In this document: one piece after another, positions 7,898 through 17,332 of the stretch
Numbering within the stretch: the first letter of the stretch is position 1
Layout: each line of letters begins with the position of its first letter
Origin: Alkalilimnicola ehrlichii MLHE-1
Lineage (GTDB): Bacteria > Pseudomonadota > Gammaproteobacteria > Nitrococcales > Halorhodospiraceae
Assembly: GCF_000014785.1 (NCBI RefSeq)
Contig: NC_008340.1
Location: 1,890,001 to 1,922,000 of the forward strand
Direction: 5' to 3'
DNA length: 32,000 nt
Made by a program: the position numbers and the translations under genes
The notes under the pieces: model-generated
The model's input: the letters and a program-made list of their open reading frames with translations, nothing else
What the model was told of the DNA's origin: nothing
The model's database searches: none

Positions 7898-8665
7898 GTG
7901 TCGGCACTGATTGCCCTACTCTTCTATCTGGCCACAGCGGTATTGCTGGCGGGGTTGGCCTGGCGCATCTATTTATACGCCCGGACGCCCGCGCCGCTGC
8001 GCATTCCCACCACCCCCGCCCCCACCACCCGCGGCGGCGCGGCGTTGCGTGTCGCCCGCGAGGTGGTCCTTTTTCAAAGCCTGTTCCGCGCCAACAAGTG
8101 GATCTGGCTGCTCGGCTGGGCCTTCCATGTGGCCCTGCTGCTCGTCTTGCTGCGTCACTTGCGGTATTTCATCGAGCCGGTTTGGGGCTGGGTGGTGCTG
8201 ATCCAGCCCTTCGGGCTCTACGCCGGCTTCGTCATGGTGGCCGCCCTGATCGGGCTCTGGATCCGCCGGATCGGCGTGGCCCGGATCAAGGCCATCACGG
8301 GGCCCTCGGATCACCTCATGCTCGCCCTGCTGGTGGCCATCGGGCTCTCCGGCCTGGGCATGAAGTACCTGCAGCCCACCGACATCACCGGCGTCAAGGC
8401 CTACATGCTGGGGCTGATGCGCTTCGACTGGCAGCCGCTGCCCGGCGACCCGCTGCTCATCCTCCACCTGCTGTTGGTCGCTGCGCTGATGATCGTCTTC
8501 CCGTTCAGTAAGTTGCTGCACGCCCCCGGGGTGTTTTTCAGCCCCACCCGCAACCAACCCGACAACCCACGTGAGCGTCGCCACCTGGCGCCCTGGGCCG
8601 CGGCCCTGGAGCGCGGGACGGCCTCTGCCCATCCGAACCCGGCCCGCGAAGAGGTGCAGTCGTGA
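7898..8665 (+). CDS. dsrM: DsrM membrane cytochrome b-like subunit
   Basis: Multiple hydrophobic segments (ALIALLFYLATAVLLAGLAW..., WLLGWAFHVALLLVLLRHL) and gene order. GTG start at 7898 after GGGGAGG. Confidence 0.9.
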   Translation: MSALIALLFYLATAVLLAGLAWRIYLYARTPAPLRIPTTPAPTTRGGAALRVAREVVLFQSLFRANKWIWLLGWAFHVALLLVLLRHLRYFIEPVWGWVVLIQPFGLYAGFVMVAALIGLWIRRIGVARIKAITGPSDHLMLALLVAIGLSGLGMKYLQPTDITGVKAYMLGLMRFDWQPLPGDPLLILHLLLVAALMIVFPFSKLLHAPGVFFSPTRNQPDNPRERRHLAPWAAALERGTASAHPNPAREEVQS

Positions 8666-10209
8666 AGAAACCCAGCTTCGAGACCCCGAGCCTGCCGGAG
8701 TACGTGGACACCCCGGAGCTTCAGCCAGGCGCCACCGCAGAGGTCAAGCCCTATGTGGCCGCGGAGAAGCACCAGACCCCCCTGGGCTTCCCGGGGGAGC
8801 TGCCGGACGACTGGCAGGACCGTGCCCTGACCCGTTTCGAGGAACTGCTGGAGCGCAACCGCGGGCTGCGGGTCTATATGGACGCCTGCGTCCGCTGCGG
8901 TGCCTGCACCGACAAGTGTCACTACTTCCTCGGCACCGGTGATCCGAGCAACATGCCGGTGGCGCGTCAGAACCTGATGCGCGACGTCTATCGGCGCTAC
9001 TTCACCCCGGCCGGCCGCACCTTCCCCAAGCTGGTAGGCGCCCGCGATCTCACCCGCGACGTCCTGGATGAGTGGTTCACCTACTTCCACCAGTGCTCCC
9101 AGTGCCGGCGCTGCTCGGTCTTCTGCCCCTATGGTATCGATACCGCCGAGATCTCCATGGCCGCCCGCGAGATCCTGGACGCCGCCGGCTACGGCCAGAA
9201 ATACAGCAACGAGATCATCGGCAAGGTCCACACCATCGGCAACAACCTGGGCCTGCCCGGCCCGGCCCTGGAGGACACCCTCGAGGACCTGGAGGAGGAC
9301 CTGGAGGACGAGACCGGTCAGCCGGTGAAGCTCCCCCTCGATCAGGAGGGCGCCGATGTCCTCCTGGTCACCCCCTCGGCGGACTTCTTCGCGGAGCCTC
9401 ACATCGACGGGCTGATGGGTTACGCCAAGGTCTTTCACCAGGCCGGCCTGTCCTGGACGCTCAGCACCCACGCCTCGGAGGCCGCCAACTTCGCCATGTT
9501 CATCGGCAGCTACGAGAACATGCGCAAGGTTGCCCTGCGTATCCGCGAGGCGGCGGTAAAGCTGGGGGTTAAGCGCATCGTGGTGGGCGAGTGCGGTCAC
9601 GCCTGGCGCGTCGCCTACAGCTTTTGGAACACCCTGGCGGGGATCGGCCACGGCGCCGAGCCCGACGATGAGTACGCGCGGATCCTGCAGGACCAGCTCG
9701 ATCCCAACTACCCGGTGCCACAGCACATCGTGGAACTCACCAACGACCTGGTGGACCGTGGCGTCGTCAAGCTCGACCCCGACGCCAATGCCGATATGCG
9801 CTTGACCTTCCACGACTCCTGCAACGTGGCCCGGGCCTCGCGCATGGGCAGCGCCCCCGGCGGCCAATTTCAACTTCCGCGCCGCCTGCTCCGCGCCAGC
9901 CTGCCCCGGGACAACTTCCACGACATGGCGGCAGAGACCATCGGCGACCGCACCTTTTGTTGCGGCGGTGGCGGCGGCCTGCTCACCGACGAGCTGATGG
10001 AGATCCGGGTCAAGGGGGCCATGCCCCGCATGCAGGCGCTGCGCGAGGCCATGGACCAACACGGCACCACGCATATGGCCGCCATCTGCGCCATCTGCAA
10101 GACCCAGTTCAGCAAGGTGCTGCCCTATTACGACATGCCCCCGGACATGATCGTGAGCCTGCACCAAGTCGTGGGCAACGCCATCCGTATGGACGCCTCG
10201 GACGTCTAG
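8662..10209 (+). CDS. dsrK: DsrK, HdrD-like iron-sulfur protein
   Basis: 515 aa with 4Fe-4S motifs CVRCGACTDKCHYF and CSQCRRCSVFCPYG, and CCG-type CFCCGGGGG region. The start overlaps the dsrM stop (GTGA). Confidence 0.95.
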   Translation: MKKPSFETPSLPEYVDTPELQPGATAEVKPYVAAEKHQTPLGFPGELPDDWQDRALTRFEELLERNRGLRVYMDACVRCGACTDKCHYFLGTGDPSNMPVARQNLMRDVYRRYFTPAGRTFPKLVGARDLTRDVLDEWFTYFHQCSQCRRCSVFCPYGIDTAEISMAAREILDAAGYGQKYSNEIIGKVHTIGNNLGLPGPALEDTLEDLEEDLEDETGQPVKLPLDQEGADVLLVTPSADFFAEPHIDGLMGYAKVFHQAGLSWTLSTHASEAANFAMFIGSYENMRKVALRIREAAVKLGVKRIVVGECGHAWRVAYSFWNTLAGIGHGAEPDDEYARILQDQLDPNYPVPQHIVELTNDLVDRGVVKLDPDANADMRLTFHDSCNVARASRMGSAPGGQFQLPRRLLRASLPRDNFHDMAAETIGDRTFCCGGGGGLLTDELMEIRVKGAMPRMQALREAMDQHGTTHMAAICAICKTQFSKVLPYYDMPPDMIVSLHQVVGNAIRMDASDV

Positions 10210-10256
10210 CCAGATACCGGGCCCCCGGGCCCGCACAAGATTGGGGAGCAAGCCAA

Positions 10257-12203
10257 ATGAGCACCACCACCAACGAGATGCAGTCGCTGACCCTGCGCCG
10301 ATTCAAGGAGGGCGACCATCAGCCCAAGGACTGGCAGGAGCAGATCTTCCAGGCCGGCTGGTCGCACAAGTGCCCCACCTATGTGCACCGGACACCGCCG
10401 TGCCAGGGCAGTTGCCCGGCGGGCGAGGATATCCGGGGCTGGTTGCAGATTGCCCGCGGACTGGACAAGCCGACGGCGGACGAACCCTGGCAGGCCTATG
10501 CCTTCCGTCGCCTCACCGAGGCGAACCCCTTTCCTGCGGTAATGGGCCGGGTCTGCCCCGCCCCCTGCGAACAGGGGTGCAACCGTAACGCGGTGGAGGA
10601 TCACGTTGGCATCAACGCCGTGGAACATAAGATTGGCGACTGGGCGCGGGAAAATGATCTGAAATTCGATGCCCCGGGCGAGCCCACCGGCCGCCACGTG
10701 GCGATCATCGGCAGCGGCCCGGCCGGTATGGCCGCGGCTTACCAACTGCGCAAACGGGGCCATGCCTGCACCCTGTTCGAGGCCCAGGAGGAACTGGGCG
10801 GCATGATGCGCTACGGCATCCCGGGCTACCGCGTCCCGCGGCAGGTTCTCGATGCCGAGATCCAGCGCATCCTCGACCTGGGCGTGGAGGTCCGCACCGG
10901 GGTCTGGGTCGGCCGGGACATCACCATCGAACAGCTCGACAACGACTACGACGCCGTTCTCTGGGCGGTCGGCACCCACAAAGGGCGCGACCTGCCGGTG
11001 GAGGGCTTCGAGGCGGCGCCCAACTGCCTCACCGGTGTGGACTTCCTGCGGGCCTTCAACGAGGGCCGGCTGCACGCGGTGAGCGACCGGGTCATCGTGA
11101 TCGGCGGCGGTGACACCTCCATCGACGTGGCCTCGGTCGCCCGCCGGCTTGGCTACAGCTCGGAGCTCGGCGACAACCAGGGCGTGGAGCACGTGGTGAT
11201 GGGCTATACCGCCCACGATGCCGCCAGCCTGGCGGTGCGGGAAGGGGCCAAGGTCACCCTCACCTCCCTGTTCCCGCGCGAGGAGATGACTGCCACCGAC
11301 CAAGAGGTGGAGGACGCCCTGCGCGAGGGGGTGGACATCAAGGCCGGCGTCATGCCGGTGGCCGTAATCACCGATGACGAGGGCAGGGCCACCGCCGTGC
11401 GCTTCGCCGAATGCCGGATGGAGAAAAACCGCCCCGTCCCCCTGGAAGGCACGGAGTTCGAGGTCGAGACCGACCTGGTGATCTCGGCCATCGGCCAGAT
11501 GGGCAACCTGGAGGGGCTGGAGGCGCTGGACAACGGCAACGGCTTCATGGACTGCGACCCCCACTTCCAGGTCAAGGGTCGACCGGGGCACTTCGTGGCC
11601 GGGGACATCATCCGCCCGCACCTGCTGACCACCGCCATCGGCCAGGCCCGCAGCGCGGTCGCCAGCATGGATCACTACTTCCAGACCGGCGAACCCGCCA
11701 AGTTCCCCAAGATCAACGTCCTGCACTTCAACCTGCTGCAGGCGATGCGCAAGGCGGGCCAGGAGCCGACGCCCTACGAGCCGCAGCCGGTGCGCGGCAC
11801 CGCCGACTCGGCTTTCGCCGTCCACAACTACGAGGACCGCTCCAAGGTCGAGATCATCAAACACGACCAGCTCTTCCTCGGCCATTTCAAGCCGACACCA
11901 CGCCACCAGCGCCAGCATCGCGAGATCAGTGAAGACTCGGTGATCGGTGATTTCGATGAGCGGCTCCATCCGTTGTCCGATGAGGAGGCCGTCGCTGAGG
12001 CCGAGCGCTGCATGAGTTGCGGCCTCTGCTTCGAGTGCGACAACTGCCTGATCTACTGCCCCCAGGACGCGGTCGAGCGGGTGCCGAAAAAGGAACGCGC
12101 GACCGGTCGCTACGTGCAGACCGATTACACCCGCTGCATCGGCTGTCATATCTGCCGCGATGTCTGCCCCACCGGTTACATCGAGATGGGGCTGGGGGAA
12201 TAA
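10257..12203 (+). CDS. dsrL: DsrL, NAD(P)H-acceptor oxidoreductase (GltD-like) with C-terminal ferredoxin domain
   Basis: MSTTTNEMQSLTLRRF...; CQGSCPAGEDIRGW; IIGSGPAGMAAAYQLRKRGH; VIGGGDTSIDVASVARR; C-terminal CMSCGLCFECDNCLIYCPQ and CIGCHICRDVCPTG. The track ORF from 9957 is an over-extension into dsrK. Confidence 0.95.
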   Translation: MSTTTNEMQSLTLRRFKEGDHQPKDWQEQIFQAGWSHKCPTYVHRTPPCQGSCPAGEDIRGWLQIARGLDKPTADEPWQAYAFRRLTEANPFPAVMGRVCPAPCEQGCNRNAVEDHVGINAVEHKIGDWARENDLKFDAPGEPTGRHVAIIGSGPAGMAAAYQLRKRGHACTLFEAQEELGGMMRYGIPGYRVPRQVLDAEIQRILDLGVEVRTGVWVGRDITIEQLDNDYDAVLWAVGTHKGRDLPVEGFEAAPNCLTGVDFLRAFNEGRLHAVSDRVIVIGGGDTSIDVASVARRLGYSSELGDNQGVEHVVMGYTAHDAASLAVREGAKVTLTSLFPREEMTATDQEVEDALREGVDIKAGVMPVAVITDDEGRATAVRFAECRMEKNRPVPLEGTEFEVETDLVISAIGQMGNLEGLEALDNGNGFMDCDPHFQVKGRPGHFVAGDIIRPHLLTTAIGQARSAVASMDHYFQTGEPAKFPKINVLHFNLLQAMRKAGQEPTPYEPQPVRGTADSAFAVHNYEDRSKVEIIKHDQLFLGHFKPTPRHQRQHREISEDSVIGDFDERLHPLSDEEAVAEAERCMSCGLCFECDNCLIYCPQDAVERVPKKERATGRYVQTDYTRCIGCHICRDVCPTGYIEMGLGE

Positions 12204-12221
12204 GCCCCGGAGGAGCCGTCT

Positions 12222-12788
12222 ATGCGACACCGTTACCTGCTGGGCGCGGCCGTGCTGCTGGTGATACTGGCCGGTGCCACCTATGCCCTCACCCCCACGG
12301 CGCCGGACCGGGATCAGGCCGGGCGCGTGCCGGTGCCGCTGCTGCCGGAGGCGGCGGGTGAGGCCTGCATCGCTGACCCGGAGACCATGCGCCGCGAGCA
12401 CATGCACCTGCTGGCGAAACAGAAGCGCGACGGCGTGCGGCACGGGATCCGCCGCGACGACCAAAGCCTACAGGCCTGTGTGGACTGCCACGCGGTGCGC
12501 CCGGAGCAGTCCCTGGCCGAGCAGAGCCGCCTGGGCAGCCGTGAGCCCATGGCCTTCTGTATCAACTGCCACAGCTACAACGCCGTGCGCTTGGACTGCT
12601 TTGAGTGCCACTCGTCGACACCGAGCGATCCGGACCACAGGCACACGCTGGAGGGGACCGGGGTGCCCACCGGCCATTACCGCAAGCCACGGCTCGAGGG
12701 GTTGGACCTGGGCGCGCTGTCCCGGGCCTACGCCGCGGACACCCCCAGCACCAGCCGCGAACAGGGAGGGGCCAACGATGAGCAGTGA
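12222..12788 (+). CDS. dsrJ: DsrJ triheme cytochrome c
   Basis: N-terminal membrane anchor/signal and three heme c motifs, CVDCH, CINCH and CFECH. Confidence 0.94.
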   Translation: MRHRYLLGAAVLLVILAGATYALTPTAPDRDQAGRVPVPLLPEAAGEACIADPETMRREHMHLLAKQKRDGVRHGIRRDDQSLQACVDCHAVRPEQSLAEQSRLGSREPMAFCINCHSYNAVRLDCFECHSSTPSDPDHRHTLEGTGVPTGHYRKPRLEGLDLGALSRAYAADTPSTSREQGGANDEQ

Positions 12789-13563
12789 TCCGCGCGAACA
12801 GGGCTGCGCCCGCAACGGGGGAGACACCCCGTGCAACCCGACGCGCCGCCGTATGCTCGCTGCCGGCGCCGGGCTGCTGGGCCTGTCGGTGGCACCGGGG
12901 GTATTCCTGATGCAGGCCGGCGCCACATCGGACGCCGGCACCGCCACCGGGGCCTCCCCCCGGGTCCGCTGGGGACTGCTGATCGACACCACCCGCTGCG
13001 CCGAGGGCTGTGACGCCTGCGTGCGCGCCTGCCGGGAGGAAAACGGCTGGGCCCATCTGGGCCAGGCACCGACCGATGCCCAGTGGATCCGCAAGGTGAC
13101 GGTCAGCGATCCGGACACCGGCCACAGCCAGAGCCTGCCGGTGATGTGCCAGCACTGCGCCCATCCGCCCTGCGTCCAGGTCTGCCCCACCGGCGCGTCC
13201 ATGCAGCGGGCCGACGGCATCGTCCAGGTGGACAAGCACCTCTGCATCGGTTGCCGCTATTGCATGATGGCCTGCCCCTATAAGGCGCGCTCCTTCGTTC
13301 ATGAGCCGGTCACCGAGTTCTCCCCCAACAGCCCCCGGGGCAAGGGCACGGTGGAGTCCTGCCACCTGTGCGTGCACCGGATCGACCGGGGCCAGTTGCC
13401 CGCCTGCGTGACCCGCTGCGCCTCAGAAGGGGGCGGGGCTATGGTCTTCGGCGATCTCAACGATCCGGACAGCGACATCTCGCAGGCCCTGAGCCGCCAC
13501 GGCGGCCGGGCCATCCGCCAGGACCTGGGGCTGAACCCCGGCGTGCGGTACCAGGGCATCTGA
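12778..13563 (+). CDS. dsrO: DsrO periplasmic iron-sulfur protein with Tat-type signal
   Basis: MSSDPREQGCARNGGDTPCNPTRRRMLAAGAG (RR signal); four Fe-S motifs including CAEGCDACVRACREE, CQHCAHPPCVQVCPTGA and CIGCRYCMMACPY. Overlaps the dsrJ end. Confidence 0.94.
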   Translation: MSSDPREQGCARNGGDTPCNPTRRRMLAAGAGLLGLSVAPGVFLMQAGATSDAGTATGASPRVRWGLLIDTTRCAEGCDACVRACREENGWAHLGQAPTDAQWIRKVTVSDPDTGHSQSLPVMCQHCAHPPCVQVCPTGASMQRADGIVQVDKHLCIGCRYCMMACPYKARSFVHEPVTEFSPNSPRGKGTVESCHLCVHRIDRGQLPACVTRCASEGGGAMVFGDLNDPDSDISQALSRHGGRAIRQDLGLNPGVRYQGI

Positions 13564-13575
13564 GGGGATTCGGCA

Positions 13576-14853
13576 ATGAGTCAACGCATCCAATACCGCG
13601 AATTGACCGACAACGGGACGGGCTATCTGGCCGTGCAGGCCGGCCTGGCACTGCTGGTCCTGCTGGGCGCCGGCGTGGCGCTGTGGATGATGAATGTCGG
13701 GCACTACGTGACCGGCATGGACAACCAGGTGGTCTGGGGCACGCCCCACGTCTTCGCCGTGCTGCTGATCCTGGCCGCCTCGGGGGCGCTCAACGTCGCC
13801 TCACTGGCCTCGGTGTTCGGCCGCAGCGAGTACAAACCGCTCTCGCGCCTTTCCGGCGTGCTGGCCATGGCCCTGCTGGCCGGGGGGCTGGCGGTGCTGG
13901 TCCTGGACCTCGGCCGACCGGACCGGCTGATCGTGGCCATGACCCACTACAACCTGCAGTCCATCTTCGCCTGGAACATCTTCCTGTACACCGGCTTCTT
14001 TGTCGTGGTGGCGGTGTACCTGTGGTTCCAGATGGAGCGGCGGATGAACCGCCATGCCAACGCCGCGGGCACTGTGGCCTTCGCCTGGCGCATCGTGCTC
14101 ACCACCGGCACCGGCTCGATCTTCGGCTTCCTGGTGGCCCGCAGCGCCTTCGACACCGCCCTACTCGCCCCGCTGTTCATCGCCGCATCCCTGAGTTACG
14201 GCACCGCCGCCTTCATCCTGGTGGCCAGCGGCCTCCTTCGGGTACAGAACCGCCGGCTGCCGCAAGAGCTGCTCAGGGGATTGGGCCGCCTGCAGGTGCT
14301 GTTTATTCTCGCTACCGTCTACCTGCTGGCCATCTACCTGGTCACCCACGCCTACATGCCGGACCGCCACGGCGTCCTGCGTTTCCTGTTGTTGGAGGGC
14401 GGGGTCTACCCGGCCCTCTTCTGGGGCGTCCAGATCCTGCTGGGGGCGGTGCTACCACTCTTCCTGCTGCTGACCGGCCCGGGCGCCGGCGCCCCGATGC
14501 GGTTGGTGGCCGCCGCTGGCCTGGTGTTGCTGGGCGGGCTGGCACACCTGTACGTCACCATCATCGGCGCCCAGGCCTATCCCTTGGCGCTGTTCCCCGG
14601 CATGACGGTGTCCAGCACCTTCTTCGACGGCCAGGTCACCCACTACGCCCCCACCCTGCCGGAGGTCGTGCTCGGCATAGGGGGCATCGCCCTGGCGACG
14701 CTGCTGGTCTGTCTCGCCACCCGGGTCCTGCCCATCGTCCCCGACGCACTGCCCGGCGAGGCCGAAGAGCGCCGCGAGGCCGAGGCCGCCACCCGCGAGC
14801 CGGACAGTGAAGCTGCGCCACAGACGGCCATCACCCAACAGGACACCGCCTGA
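13576..14853 (+). CDS. dsrP: DsrP, NrfD-like integral membrane protein
   Basis: 425-aa polytopic protein (GTGYLAVQAGLALLVLLGAGVALWMMNVGHYVTGMDNQVVWG...) with NrfD/PsrC character; gene order. Confidence 0.93.
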   Translation: MSQRIQYRELTDNGTGYLAVQAGLALLVLLGAGVALWMMNVGHYVTGMDNQVVWGTPHVFAVLLILAASGALNVASLASVFGRSEYKPLSRLSGVLAMALLAGGLAVLVLDLGRPDRLIVAMTHYNLQSIFAWNIFLYTGFFVVVAVYLWFQMERRMNRHANAAGTVAFAWRIVLTTGTGSIFGFLVARSAFDTALLAPLFIAASLSYGTAAFILVASGLLRVQNRRLPQELLRGLGRLQVLFILATVYLLAIYLVTHAYMPDRHGVLRFLLLEGGVYPALFWGVQILLGAVLPLFLLLTGPGAGAPMRLVAAAGLVLLGGLAHLYVTIIGAQAYPLALFPGMTVSSTFFDGQVTHYAPTLPEVVLGIGGIALATLLVCLATRVLPIVPDALPGEAEERREAEAATREPDSEAAPQTAITQQDTA

Positions 14854-14868
14854 AACGAGGGTTGCATC

Positions 14869-15867
14869 ATGACCAAGTCCCTGCCACCGGAACACCCCTT
14901 TGCCACCGTCATCCGCACCCTGGGCAAGGGTCCCCAGAGCAGCCGCTCGCTCAGCCAGGAGGAGGCCGAGGCGGCCATGGGGGCGATCCTGGACGACGCC
15001 GTCCAGCCCATGCAACTGGGCGCCTTTCTCATGCTGTTGCGGGTCAAGGGGGAGACGGGTGAGGAGATGGCGGGCTTTGCCCGCGCCGCCCGGGCACGGC
15101 TGCAACGCCCTCATCAACCGCTGGCGGTGGACCTGGACTGGCCCAGCTATGCCGGCAAAAAGCGCCGCCTGCCCTGGTACCTGCTGGCGGCGAAGCTCCT
15201 GTCGCAGCAGGGCTACCGGATCCTGATGCACGGCTCCTCGGTCCATACCCCGGGACGGCTCTATGCCGAGACCGTGCTCGACCTGCTGGACCTGCCCCGC
15301 TGCAACAGTTGGGAGGAGGCCGGACGGGCCCTCGATCAGCACCACTTCGCCTACCTCCCGCTCGAAGTGCTCTCCCCCCGTATGGAGGCGTTGATCAACC
15401 TGCGCCCGGTGCTGGGCCTGCGCTCGCCCATCCATACCCTGGCCCGCCTGCTCAACCCGGCGAACGCCCCGGCCAGCCTGCACGGCATCTTCCACCCCGG
15501 CTATCTGCAGGTGCACCTGGCGGCTGCCGAGACCCTGGGCGAGCAGATGCTGGTGGTCAAGGGTGACGGCGGGGAGGCGGAGTTCATGCCGGACACCGTC
15601 TGCAAACTCCGCACGTCGGGGCTCCCCCTCCCCTCGGAGATCACCCTGGGGCCGTGGATGGAGCGCCAGGGCCGCAAGGGACTGGTGATGCCGGAAGCCG
15701 AGCAACTGATGCGCGTTTGGGAGGGGGACCTGGAGGACCGCTACGCCGAGTCGGCAGTGATCGGGACCACGGGTCTCGCTCTGCTGGCCATGAACCAACA
15801 CGACAAACCCCAGGCCGCCTTCGACGAGGCGGCACGGCTCTGGGCCCGCCGGCCGGTGCCGGCCTGA
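14869..15867 (+). CDS. Glycosyl/phosphoribosyl transferase family protein, TrpD2/YbiB-like (anthranilate phosphoribosyltransferase superfamily)
   Basis: LSQEEAEAAMGAILDDAVQPMQLGAFLMLLRVKGETGEEMAGFARAAR; MHGSSVHTPGRLYAETVLDLL; LVVKGDGGEAEF. Confidence 0.82.
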   Translation: MTKSLPPEHPFATVIRTLGKGPQSSRSLSQEEAEAAMGAILDDAVQPMQLGAFLMLLRVKGETGEEMAGFARAARARLQRPHQPLAVDLDWPSYAGKKRRLPWYLLAAKLLSQQGYRILMHGSSVHTPGRLYAETVLDLLDLPRCNSWEEAGRALDQHHFAYLPLEVLSPRMEALINLRPVLGLRSPIHTLARLLNPANAPASLHGIFHPGYLQVHLAAAETLGEQMLVVKGDGGEAEFMPDTVCKLRTSGLPLPSEITLGPWMERQGRKGLVMPEAEQLMRVWEGDLEDRYAESAVIGTTGLALLAMNQHDKPQAAFDEAARLWARRPVPA

Positions 15868-15883
15868 ACGGGAGGACGCTGCC

Positions 15884-17302
15884 ATGGTCCGGCTACTGCT
15901 GAGTGCCACCCACAAGTCATCGGGCAAGACGGCCGTGGCCATCGGTCTGGCGGCGGCCCTGCGCCGGCGTGGCTGCCGGGTGCAGCCGTTCAAGAAAGGG
16001 CCGGACTACATCGATCCAGGGTGGCTGAGCCTGGCGGCCGGACGGCCCTGCCACGGCCTCGACTTCCACACCATGACCCGGGAGGAGATTCTCAGCACGC
16101 TGCACCGGCGTGCCGCGAACAGCGATGTGGTGCTGGTGGAGGGGACCAAAGGGCTGCACGACGGCGTCGATCCCGCCGGCAGCGACAGCAATGCCGCGCT
16201 GGCCCGGCTGCTGGACCTGCCGGTGGTACTGGTACTGGACACCCGGGGGATGACCCGGGGCGTCGCCCCGCTGGTGCTGGGCCAGCAGCAAATGCCCGGC
16301 TGCCCGCGGATCGCCGGTGTCATCCTCAACCGCACCGGCGGCAGCCGCCACGAGGCCAAGCTGCACCAGGCCATGGCCCGGCACACCGACATTCCGGTGC
16401 TGGGGGCGGTGGGCGAGGACCGCAGCCTGGCGATCGAAGAACCCTATCTCGGCCTGGTGCCGGCCCATGAGAGCGCCGACGCGCTGCCCGCCGTCAACCG
16501 CTTGGCGGAGGCCGTCGCTCAGAACTGCGACCTGCCGGCACTGGCCCAGGCCTGCGGCACCGAACCCCTGCCGCTGGCCGGCTTCCCCACCACCGAACCG
16601 CCTGCCGCCCGGGTCCGCATCGGCGTCCCCAGGGACGCCGCCTTCGGCTTCTACTACCCGGGGGACCTGGAGGCCCTGCAACAGGCGGGGGCCGAACTGG
16701 TGTTCTTTAACGCCCTGCGTGACCGGGATCTGCCGGCGGTGGACGGGCTGTTTATCGGCGGCGGCTTCCCTGAGCGCCACGCCCCGACCCTGTCCGCCAA
16801 CCGCGGGATGCGGGAAGCGATCCGCCAGGCCAGTGAACGGGGCATGCCGATCTACGCCGAATGCGGCGGCCTCATGTACCTCTCGCGCAGCCTGAGCGTC
16901 GGCTGCGCACGGTACGCCATGTGTAACGCCCTCCCGGTGGACCTGGTGATGGAGCGACGACCCCAGGGACGCGGTTATATGCAGATCCAGGCCACCGGCG
17001 AGGGCCCCTTCAATCCACTGGCCGACGCCCAGCCGGCCCCGGCCCATGAGTTTCATTACTCGCGGTTGCTCACGGCCCCGGACGGGCTGCGCTATGCCTA
17101 CCGGGTGCTGCGCGGCAACGGGTTGGGCAATGGCCATGACGGGATCGTCCATCGCAACACCCTGGCGGCCTACGCGCACCTGCGCCACGGCCAGCGCACC
17201 CCCTGGGCGACCCGCTTTGTCGAGTTCGTCGTCGCCCATAGCCGGGGCCAGGCCCCGGGGCCATACACCACCGCCGCCCGACAGGCCGGCGGACAATCCT
17301 GA
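15884..17302 (+). CDS. dsrN: DsrN, siroheme amidase (cobyrinate a,c-diamide synthase-like glutamine amidotransferase)
   Basis: 472 aa: LLLSATHKSSGKTAVAIGLAAALRRRG P-loop-like start, FKKGPDYIDPGW, and GATase region ERGMPIYAECGGLMYLS. Confidence 0.93.
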   Translation: MVRLLLSATHKSSGKTAVAIGLAAALRRRGCRVQPFKKGPDYIDPGWLSLAAGRPCHGLDFHTMTREEILSTLHRRAANSDVVLVEGTKGLHDGVDPAGSDSNAALARLLDLPVVLVLDTRGMTRGVAPLVLGQQQMPGCPRIAGVILNRTGGSRHEAKLHQAMARHTDIPVLGAVGEDRSLAIEEPYLGLVPAHESADALPAVNRLAEAVAQNCDLPALAQACGTEPLPLAGFPTTEPPAARVRIGVPRDAAFGFYYPGDLEALQQAGAELVFFNALRDRDLPAVDGLFIGGGFPERHAPTLSANRGMREAIRQASERGMPIYAECGGLMYLSRSLSVGCARYAMCNALPVDLVMERRPQGRGYMQIQATGEGPFNPLADAQPAPAHEFHYSRLLTAPDGLRYAYRVLRGNGLGNGHDGIVHRNTLAAYAHLRHGQRTPWATRFVEFVVAHSRGQAPGPYTTAARQAGGQS

Positions 17303-17332
17303 CCGGGAACAAAAACCACGCGGAGGAGTTCG

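Noticed and set aside
8401-10251. 616-aa - strand ORF opposite dsrM/dsrK
   Set aside because: Shadow ORF of the dsrK coding region with no recognisable domain.
10206-12464. 752-aa - strand ORF opposite dsrL
   Set aside because: GC-bias antisense ORF; dsrL has clear domain motifs on the + strand.
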